In this document: positions 44,388-53,389 of the stretch, piece after piece
How positions within the stretch are numbered: position 1 is the first letter of the stretch
How the letters are laid out: each line of letters starts with the position of its first letter
Notes under the pieces: generated by a model
The model's input: only the letters and a program-made list of their open reading frames with translations
Database searches by the model: none
Told to the model about the DNA's origin: nothing
Assembly (NCBI GenBank): GCA_963815115.1
Contig: CAWFFN010000009.1
Location: forward strand, 992,001-1,056,000
From: an uncultured delta proteobacterium
GTDB taxonomy: Bacteria > Desulfobacterota > Binatia > DP-6
Reading direction: 5' to 3'
DNA length: 64,000 nt
Translations under genes and position numbers: made by a program

Positions 44388-45611
44388 TCAGGACGCCCGC
44401 GCCTGCCGGGCGCGGAACCTGATCGCCAGCCGGCCGGGGACGCGGAAGAGCGACGGTCCCCATTCGACCGCGCCCGATTCGAGCGCCAGGTCGTCGAAGC
44501 GGCGGACGAGCTCGCCGATGGCGACCTGGGCTTCCGTCCGGGCCAGGTGGGCGCCCAGGCAGTAGTGGGGGCCGCCACCGAAGGCGAGATGGTCGTTCGG
44601 GGTGCGCTCGATGTCGAAGCGGTCCGGATCGGGAAAGCGAGCGGGGTCTCGGTTGGCGGCGGCGAGCATGCCCCACACCTTCGCGTCCTTCGGCACCATC
44701 TTGCCGCCGAACTGGACGTCGGCGTGCAGCACGCGCGCGGTGAGGATGATCGGACCGTCGAAGCGTAGGCACTCCTCGACCGCGCTGACGATCAGCCCGG
44801 GACGCGCCCGCAGCTTCGCCAGCTCGCCGCCGTGCAGGATCAGCTGGCGCACGCCGTTGCCGATCAGACCGATGGTGGTCTCGAAGCCGGCGATGAGGAG
44901 GCCGATGGCCTGGGACAGGAGCTCGAGCGGGTCGAGCCGATCCCCTGCCTCCTCGGCGCGGATGAGCGCGCTCAGCAGGTCGTCCGTCAGGCTGGTGCGC
45001 CGCGCCTCGACGAGCTCCTGGAAGTAGGCGGCGAGCGACATCGCCGCCGTCGTCGCCTCGGCGACCACCTCGGGTGGCGCCACGCCCGCCGCGAGCCCGA
45101 AGGTGGCCTTGGCGGTCCACTCGGTGAAGCGGGCGCGGTCCTCGATCGGAACGCCCATCATCTGGCAGATCAGCGTCGACGGCACCGGCAGGGCCAGGTC
45201 GGCGATGACGTCCATGCGGCCGTGCGGCGCCACCCGGTCGAGGCATTCGTCCACCACCCGCTCGATGTCGACGCGCCAGCCGCCCACTGCCCGGGGCGTG
45301 AAGCCGTGGCTCACCAGCTTGCGCAGCCGCGTGTGGGTCGGCGGGTCCTGCTGCAGCATGAACAGCCGCGGTCCGGCCTGCTGCTCGTCGACTCCCGGCA
45401 GCTCGCCATCCTTCGTCCGCACGCCGGCCGGCACGTCGTGCAGCAGGCGATCGACGTCGGCATAGCGCGTGAGCCGCCAGATGCCGATCGGCGTCTCGTT
45501 CACGGGGTCGATCTCGCGCAGACGCGCGAGGAAGGGGTAGGGATCATCGCGCACCGCCGGATCGAACGGGTCGACGCCCCGCCAGGGGTCGTCCGCCTGC
45601 GCCGTCGTCAT
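44388..45611 (-). CDS. Cytochrome P450
   Basis: DPPTHTRLR, AGFETT, EECLR, NRDP..F.DPDRFD, FGGGPHYCLG. Confidence 0.95.
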   Translation of the reverse strand: MTTAQADDPWRGVDPFDPAVRDDPYPFLARLREIDPVNETPIGIWRLTRYADVDRLLHDVPAGVRTKDGELPGVDEQQAGPRLFMLQQDPPTHTRLRKLVSHGFTPRAVGGWRVDIERVVDECLDRVAPHGRMDVIADLALPVPSTLICQMMGVPIEDRARFTEWTAKATFGLAAGVAPPEVVAEATTAAMSLAAYFQELVEARRTSLTDDLLSALIRAEEAGDRLDPLELLSQAIGLLIAGFETTIGLIGNGVRQLILHGGELAKLRARPGLIVSAVEECLRFDGPIILTARVLHADVQFGGKMVPKDAKVWGMLAAANRDPARFPDPDRFDIERTPNDHLAFGGGPHYCLGAHLARTEAQVAIGELVRRFDDLALESGAVEWGPSLFRVPGRLAIRFRARQARAS

Positions 45612-45798
45612 GCATGACGGCTATGGCGCGGATCGCGAGGAGTCAATGCAGCCGAGAACGCTGCCGAGCGTCCGGCAACGCCGGTGAAAGGGGCGAATTG
45701 ACTACATGGCGGAAGACAAGGTAGCAGACTCGCAGCAACAAAGGCGGGACAGCAGATCTCTCACTGACCGAGCACGGCAGAGCACGGTGGGAGGACGG

Positions 45799-48003
45799 AT
45801 GACCATCCCCTTCGCTGTTCGCGGTCCCGCACGCCGTTGTTTTGGGTTGCTCGTCGCGCTGTGCGTGGCAGCGTCACACGGAGTGACGTTCGCGTCCGGC
45901 GAGGACAGTCTTGCGAAGCACCTGCGGATGCAGGCGGATTCCTTGCGGCACGAGAAGACGCTGACGCGCGCGCAACAGAGGACCGATTCGGTACTCCGTC
46001 CATATGCGTGGCCGAAGCTCTCGCCCCAGCGACAGCCGGACGTCTCATCACCCTCGTCCCTGATCCTGCCATGGCGAAATGCAGGAAGGCTCCACGTCCT
46101 CGTGCAGACCAGAGGAACCGCCTCGGACAGTGCCGCGCTTCTTGCGGGCGCTGGGCTCGACATCGAGCTCGGCAACGACTCGTTCCACCTCGTGCAGGGC
46201 TGGATCCCCGAAGGCGGACTCGCCACGCTCGCGGCCCTGGAAGTGGTTCAGGGGATCACTCCCGCATGGCCTCCGGAGCCCAGTACCGGAAGGGTGACCA
46301 GTGAGGGCGACCCGGCTTCACGCGCCGATCTCGTACGCCAACAGGGGTACGATGGGTCCGGCGTCGTCTTCGGAGTGATCTCGAACGGCGTCGACAGCCT
46401 CGCGGCCAGCCAGGCGTCAGGAGACCTTGCGTCGGTGGCGGTTCCTCCCGATACGCGCTGCAAGCGCGGGAGTGGCGACGAGGGTACCGCGATGCTCGAG
46501 ATCGTGCACGATCTCGCTCCTGGCGCGGCCCTCCTGTTCTCCGGGCCTGCGACCAGCCTCGAGATGGTCGACACGATTGCCTGTCTGGTTTCCGCTCACG
46601 CGAAGGTCATCGTCGACGACGTGGTGTTCTTTGGTGAGCCGTTCTTCCAGGACGGCCCGGTCGCGCAGGCGGCCGCGACCGCGGTTGCGGCTGGAGCTTC
46701 GTACCACACCTCGGCTTCGAACTATGGGGCCGGTAAGTATCTCGCTGAAAACTATCGGCCTGGTCCGAGCGGATTCCACGACTTCGATCCCGGTGCGGCC
46801 CAGGACATCGTGGACCGCGTGGTCGTCGGCCCGGGGGGACTGCTCAGATGCTTCCTCCAGTGGGCCGACCCGTTCGGTGGCTCCTACAACGACTACGATT
46901 TGATGGTCGTGAATCCGAGCACCGGCAGTGTCCTGGCTTCGAGCACGAACCCACAGACGGGCTTTCAGAACCCGTCGGAGATGGTGGCTTTTGGAAACCC
47001 ACTCGGGACCTCGGTGTTGGTGGGCGTCGTCATCCGCTTGTTCGCGGGCTCTTCCAGGGCCCTCAAGATGTTCTGTCCAGACTTCCCCCTGCAGTACTCC
47101 AGCGCACAGTTCGGCATCTCCGGCCAGGCAGCTCGACCAGACGTGATCACCGTCGCCGCCCTCGATGCACACGATGCCGGCCTGAACGATGTCGAGCCGT
47201 TCAGCACCCAGGGCCCGAGCCCGATCTTCTTCCCCAGCGCCATCACCCGCCCGAAACCCGATCTGACCGCCTTCGACGGAGTTTCCACGACGCTGTCACA
47301 CTTCAACCCGTTCTTCGGGACATCAGCGGCAGCCCCTCATTCCGCGGCCGTGGCCGCCCTCCTGTTGAGCAAGAACCCCGCGCTCTCGCCGGCTCAGCTC
47401 CAGGGCATCCTGACCTCCACGGCGGTCGACATCGCATCCCCGGGGTTCGACAACAGGACGGGGTTCGGACGCATCGATGCTCTGGCGGCGGCCAATGCGG
47501 TCAGCCTCCCGACGCCCGCACCTGGATGCTCGGTGGGTAGCTGCGACGACGGGAACTTCTGCACGGACGACTCGTGCGACCCATCGACCGGCTGCCAGCA
47601 CGTAGCGAACGGTGCATCGTGTAGTGACGGTGTGCCGTGCACGGTGCCCGACAGGTGCGGCGGCGGTCAGTGTCAGCCGGGAGCGTTCGTGACCGCCGCA
47701 TCGGTGAGCACGCTCATCACGGCCGGCGTGAACGCGTCCTTGGCTCACTGCGCGACCGACAAGCGGAGCGTCGTGAAGAAGGTGACGACTCCTCTCGTGA
47801 AGGCAGCCAAGTCCTTCTCTCTTGCCGAGCTGGCGGGCGCTGGAACGAAGAAATGGACCAAGAAGGTGTCGGAGGCAGAGAAGTCGATCGGAACCGCCAG
47901 GTCGAAGCTCACGAAGGTTCAGGCCAAGCTCTCGGCATCATGTGTCGACGATCTCGGGCAGGCAATCGCCGCCGGCAGCCTCGGAGATGCTTGCCTCAGA
48001 TGA
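45799..48003 (+). CDS. Secreted S8 subtilisin-like protein with Cys-rich C-terminal repeats
   Basis: DEGTAMLEIVHDLAPGA, KPDL.A.DG, FFGTSAAAPH, GFGRIDA, CDDGNFCTDDSC; GGGAGG SD. Confidence 0.82.
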   Translation: MTIPFAVRGPARRCFGLLVALCVAASHGVTFASGEDSLAKHLRMQADSLRHEKTLTRAQQRTDSVLRPYAWPKLSPQRQPDVSSPSSLILPWRNAGRLHVLVQTRGTASDSAALLAGAGLDIELGNDSFHLVQGWIPEGGLATLAALEVVQGITPAWPPEPSTGRVTSEGDPASRADLVRQQGYDGSGVVFGVISNGVDSLAASQASGDLASVAVPPDTRCKRGSGDEGTAMLEIVHDLAPGAALLFSGPATSLEMVDTIACLVSAHAKVIVDDVVFFGEPFFQDGPVAQAAATAVAAGASYHTSASNYGAGKYLAENYRPGPSGFHDFDPGAAQDIVDRVVVGPGGLLRCFLQWADPFGGSYNDYDLMVVNPSTGSVLASSTNPQTGFQNPSEMVAFGNPLGTSVLVGVVIRLFAGSSRALKMFCPDFPLQYSSAQFGISGQAARPDVITVAALDAHDAGLNDVEPFSTQGPSPIFFPSAITRPKPDLTAFDGVSTTLSHFNPFFGTSAAAPHSAAVAALLLSKNPALSPAQLQGILTSTAVDIASPGFDNRTGFGRIDALAAANAVSLPTPAPGCSVGSCDDGNFCTDDSCDPSTGCQHVANGASCSDGVPCTVPDRCGGGQCQPGAFVTAASVSTLITAGVNASLAHCATDKRSVVKKVTTPLVKAAKSFSLAELAGAGTKKWTKKVSEAEKSIGTARSKLTKVQAKLSASCVDDLGQAIAAGSLGDACLR

Positions 48004-48052
48004 GCTGGCGCAGTCGTCATCTCACGGGGTCGATGCGGACCGGACGCTCAGG

Positions 48053-49168
48053 CTACGCCGACAGACCGAAGGCGCGTGCTGCGTTTTCGCCGAGGATCTT
48101 TCGCTTGCTCTCGTCCGGGATGGGCTGCTCCTCCAGACGTTCCATCCCCCACGGCCACGTGCCGTCGGGATGCGGATAGTCGGTGTTGAAGGTGAAGTTG
48201 TCGTCGCCGGTGAGCGCGACGGCGGCGGGCAGCGTGCGTTCATCGCCGCGGCAGGCGACGAACACGTTGCGCCGGAAGTACTCCGTCGGTCGCATCTTCA
48301 GATTCGGGTGCTCGGCGTTGCCCGAGAAGTCCCAGTGCTGCTCCATGCGCTGGAGCAGGTAGGGCACCCACCCGGCATCGGCCTCGACGTGCACGACGCG
48401 CAGCCGCGGAAAGCGCTCGAAGACCCCGTACCAGATGAGGCCGACCATCGCCGCCATGGCCTCGAAGGGATGCGCGATGATGTGCCCGCTGGTGTGGGTG
48501 TCGAGCCGCTTGCCGAACGAGGGGAGGTGGGGCGACCCGGAGTCGTGGATGGAGAGCGGCACGCCGAGTCGCTCGACCTCGGCCCACAGCGGCGCGTGGT
48601 CGTCGTGGTAGAGGTTGCGGCCGCAGATCGGGTTGGGCCGGAGGTAGTAGGCGGCGGCCCCTCGCGCCGCGGTCCGCCGCGCCTCCTCGATGGCGAGGTC
48701 GACCGCCTGCAGCGGCAGGATGGCGGCCCAGCGCAGGCGGTCGGGCGCCGCCGCGCAATACCTCGCGCTCCAGTCGTTGTAGGCGCGACAGCACGCCGCG
48801 AGCAGTTCCACGTCCTCGAACGCCCTGCCGAGCATCTGCCCTCCGGACGTCGGATAGAGGACCTGCACGTCGACGCCGTGCTCGTCCATGTCGGCCAGGC
48901 GCGCCGGAGCGCCGAAGCCCGCTTGCCGCAGCCGCCCGAAGCGTTCCATGCCGCGACGGAGCGCGGCCAGGAACTCCGGCGAGTGGAAGCGGTAGCCGCT
49001 CTCCTCGTCGGTGAAGGGCTCGCCCTCGACCATCATCGTGCGGGTCCCGTGATAGTCGCCGAGCCGGGGTGCACGATCGCGGAACGGCGGCTCGACGTGC
49101 TCCACCCAGAGGTCGAGCGGCTCGATCTGGTGGCAGTCGGTGTCGATCACCAGGCAGCCGTTGCGCAT
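48053..49168 (-). CDS. Amidohydrolase_2 family protein
   Basis: IDTDCHQIEP, QVLYPT, AYNDW, SIH, VEADAGWVP, TDYPHPD. Confidence 0.87.
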   Translation of the reverse strand: MRNGCLVIDTDCHQIEPLDLWVEHVEPPFRDRAPRLGDYHGTRTMMVEGEPFTDEESGYRFHSPEFLAALRRGMERFGRLRQAGFGAPARLADMDEHGVDVQVLYPTSGGQMLGRAFEDVELLAACCRAYNDWSARYCAAAPDRLRWAAILPLQAVDLAIEEARRTAARGAAAYYLRPNPICGRNLYHDDHAPLWAEVERLGVPLSIHDSGSPHLPSFGKRLDTHTSGHIIAHPFEAMAAMVGLIWYGVFERFPRLRVVHVEADAGWVPYLLQRMEQHWDFSGNAEHPNLKMRPTEYFRRNVFVACRGDERTLPAAVALTGDDNFTFNTDYPHPDGTWPWGMERLEEQPIPDESKRKILGENAARAFGLSA

Positions 49169-49181
49169 CGTCGCTCTCCTC

Positions 49182-50219
49182 TCACAGCTGGCGCGCGACC
49201 GCCTCGCAGAATCCGGTGCAGGAGGCGTCGCCGCCCTGATCCGGGGTGAGGTGGTCACCCGCGGCGTACACGCGCGCCACCGCCGTCTCGAGCCGCCGTG
49301 CGGCATCCCCGAGACCGAGGTACTCGAGCATCATCGCTGCCGACAGGATGGTCGCCGTGGGATTGATGGTGTTGCGGCCCGCGAGGTCGGGCGCGGTCCC
49401 GTGGACGGATTCGAAGTAGGCGTAGCCGTCGCCGTAGCAGCCGCTCGGGGCGAGCCCGAGGCCGCCGATGAGACCCGCCGCCGCGTCCGACAGGACATCG
49501 CCGTAGAGGTTCGGCATCACGACGACGTCGAGTGCGTGCGGCTCGGCCACCAGCCGCCGGGCGAAGTCGTCGACCAGGAAGGTCTCGAACGCCACGTCGG
49601 GATAGTCTGTGGCCACGTCGAGCGCGACCGTCCGGAAGAGCCCGTCGCTCTGCGGCAGCATGTTGTGCTTGGTGGCGCAGGTGACCTTCGGCGGGTGGCT
49701 GCGGCCGCCCTCCCGACGCCGGCGCGCGAGCTCGAACGCGAAGCGCACGACGCGCTCGGCTCCCGCCTCGGTGATGACCTTGAGCGCGAAGCGTCCGGGG
49801 CCGACGTCGGCGACCGGCTTGCGGAGCGTTGGGCTCGCGAGCGCGGCGGGGCGGAGCATCTCGAGGTCGCCCTCGACGCCGACGTAGAGGTCTTCCAGGT
49901 TCTCGCGGACGATGACGAAGTCGATGCCCTGCGGCCGCGCCAGCGGACTCCGGAATCCCGGCAGCCAGCGCGTCGGCCGGACGTTCGCGTAGGTCTGCTT
50001 GCCCCAGCGCAGGTAGAAGAGCGCCCAGGTGCTCGGGCCGCTCGTCGCCCCGAAGAGCGCCGTCGCCGATTCGTCGATGGCGCGCCGGGTGGCGGCGTGG
50101 TCCTCGATCGGCGGCCGTACCCATTCGAGATCCGGTGCGAGACGGTCGAGCAGGGCGACGGTCGGGCGCACCGCCTCGGGAGCCGCGTCGTCGCCCTCGA
50201 TGACCACGACCCGCGGCAT
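49182..50219 (-). CDS. Isocitrate/isopropylmalate dehydrogenase family protein
   Basis: ANVRP, IVRENLEDLY, PNLYGDVLSD, GGLGLAPS, FESVHGTAPD, NPTATILS. Confidence 0.9.
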   Translation of the reverse strand: MPRVVVIEGDDAAPEAVRPTVALLDRLAPDLEWVRPPIEDHAATRRAIDESATALFGATSGPSTWALFYLRWGKQTYANVRPTRWLPGFRSPLARPQGIDFVIVRENLEDLYVGVEGDLEMLRPAALASPTLRKPVADVGPGRFALKVITEAGAERVVRFAFELARRRREGGRSHPPKVTCATKHNMLPQSDGLFRTVALDVATDYPDVAFETFLVDDFARRLVAEPHALDVVVMPNLYGDVLSDAAAGLIGGLGLAPSGCYGDGYAYFESVHGTAPDLAGRNTINPTATILSAAMMLEYLGLGDAARRLETAVARVYAAGDHLTPDQGGDASCTGFCEAVARQL

Positions 50220-50393
50220 GTGCTATGCGGGCGAACCAGACGGGACGATCCCGCGTGGCGGTTCGGTGGGGGAGCGGGAGGGGCTGCCGCGATCACCGCC
50301 CATGCGCGGACCGTACGTCAGGAACGCCGTGCCGTACAAGAGCGTCGACAACACCGGGCCGGTGGCCTAGCATCACCGGCGCAGGAGAGGGAA

Positions 50394-51167
50394 GTGCCGA
50401 CCATCGTCCGCGACGGAACGACGCTGGCCTACGAGGAACGTGGGACGGGCGAGCCGCCCTTCGTGTTCGTGCACGGCTGGACCTGTGATCGATCGTTCTT
50501 CGCGCCGCAGGCCGAGCATTTCGCGCGGCGCCACCGGGTCGTCTCCGTCGACCTGCGCGGCCACGGGGAGAGCGACAAGCCCGAGGGACCGTATTCCATC
50601 GCGACGTTCGCGGACGACATCGCCTACCTGATGGAGCGGCTCGGGCTCGGCAAGGCCGTCGCCGTCGGTCACAGCATGGGAGGCATCACGGTCCTCCAGC
50701 TGGCCGCCGCGCATCCGGACCGGGTCGCGGCCATCGTCATGGTCGAGCCGGCGCCGTTCTCGATTCCTCCCGAGGTGCGATCCGAGGTCGAGGCGCTCGC
50801 CGCCGCCATCGAAGCCGGCCAGGAGGAGCCGCGGCGCGGGTTCATCGTGAGCCGGTTCTTCCTGCCGACCTCCGACCCGACCCTGGTGGAACGGGTGCTC
50901 GGCGTGATGATGGCTGCACCCGACCACGTCGCGGCGGGCGCGATCCGTGCCGCCTTCGAGTTCGACGCGCCGGCGGCAGCGGCGCGCTGCAGGGTGCCAG
51001 CGCTCCACGTGGCCGGGACGCCGCCGTTCAACGAGCCGCATCGCATGTCACAGTGGCTGCCGACCGTCGTCAACGGATGGACCGTCGGTGCCGGCCACTT
51101 CAACCAGCTCGAGGCCCCCGAGCAGGTCACCGCGATGATCGAGGGCTTCCTGCGCCACCACGTGTGA
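50394..51167 (+). CDS. Alpha/beta hydrolase
   Basis: FVHGW, DLRGHGES, GHSMGG nucleophile elbow, GAGHF..LE.P. Confidence 0.9.
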   Translation: MPTIVRDGTTLAYEERGTGEPPFVFVHGWTCDRSFFAPQAEHFARRHRVVSVDLRGHGESDKPEGPYSIATFADDIAYLMERLGLGKAVAVGHSMGGITVLQLAAAHPDRVAAIVMVEPAPFSIPPEVRSEVEALAAAIEAGQEEPRRGFIVSRFFLPTSDPTLVERVLGVMMAAPDHVAAGAIRAAFEFDAPAAAARCRVPALHVAGTPPFNEPHRMSQWLPTVVNGWTVGAGHFNQLEAPEQVTAMIEGFLRHHV

Positions 51168-51192
51168 GCCGTCGAGCCGCTCGCACGAACCG

Positions 51193-51573
51193 TCATCCGT
51201 AGTAGCGGATCTCGATCAGGTGGCGGTCCGGATCGAAGCAGTACACCGCCTTGCCCGCTCCCTTCGAGCCGGGCTCGTCTCCGGGACCCTGCATGCTCCC
51301 CACCGTCTGGAACGAGTCGCCGTATGGAACGCCCGCGTCTCGGATCCGGCGGAAGGCGTCGTCGAACTCCGGGCGCGTCATGGCGAAGGCGAGGTGCTCG
51401 CCCCCCTTCGTGCCCCAGGGCGCGAGCTGGAGCGTCGTGTCCGCGTTCACGCGGACGACGGAGAACGGATCGCGCTCTCCTTCGTGCACGAAACCGAGGA
51501 CGGTGGTGTAGAACCGCAGGCTCTTCTCCCGGTCGTTCACCATCAGGATGAGATGGTCGAGGGTCACCGGCAT
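51193..51573 (-). CDS. VOC (glyoxalase) family protein
   Basis: LDHLIL.V, FYTTVLG, HLAF, YCFDPDRHLIEI. Confidence 0.88.
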   Translation of the reverse strand: MPVTLDHLILMVNDREKSLRFYTTVLGFVHEGERDPFSVVRVNADTTLQLAPWGTKGGEHLAFAMTRPEFDDAFRRIRDAGVPYGDSFQTVGSMQGPGDEPGSKGAGKAVYCFDPDRHLIEIRYYG

Positions 51574-51683
51574 CTCCGTGTCCTCCCGGCGTCACGCCGT
51601 CGGGCTTCGTGCCCGGCCCGGCCTCCCGCGCTCTCCCCGTCTCTCCTTGACAGGAGCGGAAGTGTTTCGCCATACCAGCCTCG

Positions 51684-52115
51684 ATGCCTCCATCGAAAGA
51701 CATGATCGGGCGCGAGCTTTCGACCGGCAGCGCAACCGTCGATGCGGCTCACGTCGCCGCCTTCGCGAAGGCGTTGCGCGACCCGCACCCCGCCTACCAG
51801 GGCCCCGACGCGACGACGGCGCCGCTCACCTATCCCATCGCGTTCATGACTCAGGCGCTCGCGGGCGGCTCGAGCGCGTTCCTCGAGCTGGGCCTCAACT
51901 TCATGACGCTGGTGCACGGCGAGCAGGAGTTCGAGTATCTGCGCCCTGTCCGGCTCGGCGAGACCCTCACGCTCACGGGTCGGGTCGGCGACATCTACGA
52001 GAAGACGGGCTCGAGCGGAACGCTCGACTTCGTGGTCCTGGAGACCGAGGCCACGGACGCGGATGGCAAGCGGGTCTTCTACTCGCGCAACACGCTCATC
52101 TCGAAGAGGATCTGA
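51684..52115 (+). CDS. MaoC-like (FAS1/HadA-type) dehydratase subunit
   Basis: FAKAL.D..P.Y, APLT, LVHGEQEFEY.RP. Confidence 0.82.
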   Translation: MPPSKDMIGRELSTGSATVDAAHVAAFAKALRDPHPAYQGPDATTAPLTYPIAFMTQALAGGSSAFLELGLNFMTLVHGEQEFEYLRPVRLGETLTLTGRVGDIYEKTGSSGTLDFVVLETEATDADGKRVFYSRNTLISKRI

Positions 52116-52116
52116 C

Positions 52117-52596
52117 ATGCCGCTCGACGCCAGGACCGTCCAGGTGGGCCAGGAGCTGCCAGCGCTCGACAAGGGCGCCATCACCAGGGAGATGCTGAAG
52201 GAATACGGTCCCGCCGCCGGCGATCCGAATCCGATGCATGTGGATGAGGAGTTTGCGAGGAATGCCGGCTACCCGGGTGTCTTCGCACACGGGATGCTCT
52301 CGATGGGGTACCTCGGGGAGTTCCTGGTGAACGCGGCCGGCGTCGGCAACGTCCGCAAGTTCCGCGCCCGCTTCGCCAAGCTCACCTGGCCGGGCGACAT
52401 CATCACCTGCAAGGGCACCGTCACCGCGGTGCGCGACGACGACGGCGTGCGGCTCGTCGACTGCGACATCTGGACCGAGACGCAGACCGGCGAACGCAAG
52501 GTCGTCGGCAGCGCCACGCTCGCCCTGCCGCGCTACGTCGCCGCCCACGAGGTCCGCGGCGGGCGACCGTCATCGAAGCAGCACGTCCACCGCTGA
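52117..52596 (+). CDS. MaoC family dehydratase, catalytic subunit
   Basis: GDPNPMHVD..FA..AG.PGVFAHGM hydratase motif, WPGD. Confidence 0.88.
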   Translation: MPLDARTVQVGQELPALDKGAITREMLKEYGPAAGDPNPMHVDEEFARNAGYPGVFAHGMLSMGYLGEFLVNAAGVGNVRKFRARFAKLTWPGDIITCKGTVTAVRDDDGVRLVDCDIWTETQTGERKVVGSATLALPRYVAAHEVRGGRPSSKQHVHR

Positions 52597-53052
52597 ATTC
52601 TTGGAGGCCAGGGCCGGGATCACGACATTCTGCAACCTGTCGATGTCGTCGGCGAGCTTCGTTGCGGCCACGTCGTCGAGAGGCCTGCCGGGGGCGGGAA
52701 ACCGGATCAGGTACGTTGGTGTCGTGAGACAGTACCTCTTCACGGTATAGACGACGCCGGTCCCCGGTAGCTGCTTCCAGGCGTCGAGGAAGGCTCCGAG
52801 CTCCTCCTCGCTGGGGCACTGCCGCTCCTCGAGGACCTTCCTCGCGAGAGGAAGGTCCAGAGACTCGCGGAACTGCAGGCGGTTGCTCAACACCGTCCGA
52901 AGCGAGAGCAGCTGTTCGGGGGTGCACTTGCTCGGGCTCGCCTCGAGGCTGGCGAGCTGGTGCGACACGCCGCAGCGCGCCCAGCCTGCATCTGCGGTCG
53001 CGAGCGCCAGTAACGCCGCCAGCAGCACGGATCGGGAGCGGGACTGGAACAT
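52570..53052 (-). CDS. Secreted hypothetical protein (160 aa)
   Basis: GGAGGAGG SD, signal peptide, four Cys; no family recognised. Confidence 0.6.
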   Translation of the reverse strand: MFQSRSRSVLLAALLALATADAGWARCGVSHQLASLEASPSKCTPEQLLSLRTVLSNRLQFRESLDLPLARKVLEERQCPSEEELGAFLDAWKQLPGTGVVYTVKRYCLTTPTYLIRFPAPGRPLDDVAATKLADDIDRLQNVVIPALASKNSAVDVLLR

Positions 53053-53079
53053 GGTCCTCCTCCTTTCCGGGGTCGGCGA

Positions 53080-53095
53080 AGCAGGTGCTGTGCCA
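53080..53095 (-). promoter_or_regulatory. Putative sigma54 promoter
   Basis: TGGCACAGCACCTGCT (GG-N10-GC) about 28 nt upstream of ATG 53052. Confidence 0.6.
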
Positions 53096-53389
53096 GCCGT
53101 TTCCCGCGGGGACATGTCCCCAGAGGCTCGCAACCTTCGCCGTGCCACGCCCGCCTGCGTCGGCAGCTGCGTCACGAAACGAGAGCACCTGCTGTCGCGA
53201 AGCGCCACCCACCGACCGTTCCGTCGCGTTCTCATCGAACATGAGGCGAGATGGCGCCGTCGGCTGCCTTGCGCGATGCGACGGCGCACGCCCATCGGGC
53301 GGCTCGCTTCTTGACACGAGCCGACACGGTTCGCCATACGGATCCGAGTGCCGTCATCGCAGCACATGATCGTCTCCGACGGGCGGTAG

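Noticed and set aside
45660-45798. Purine-rich leader of the S8 gene as a riboswitch
   Set aside because: Could not match the conserved core of any riboswitch class I know
50220-50390. Intergenic region sharing GGACCGTACG with the TA promoter, plus a 26-codon minus-strand ORF
   Set aside because: A 10-bp match is plausible by chance in GC-rich DNA; the ORF has no supporting features
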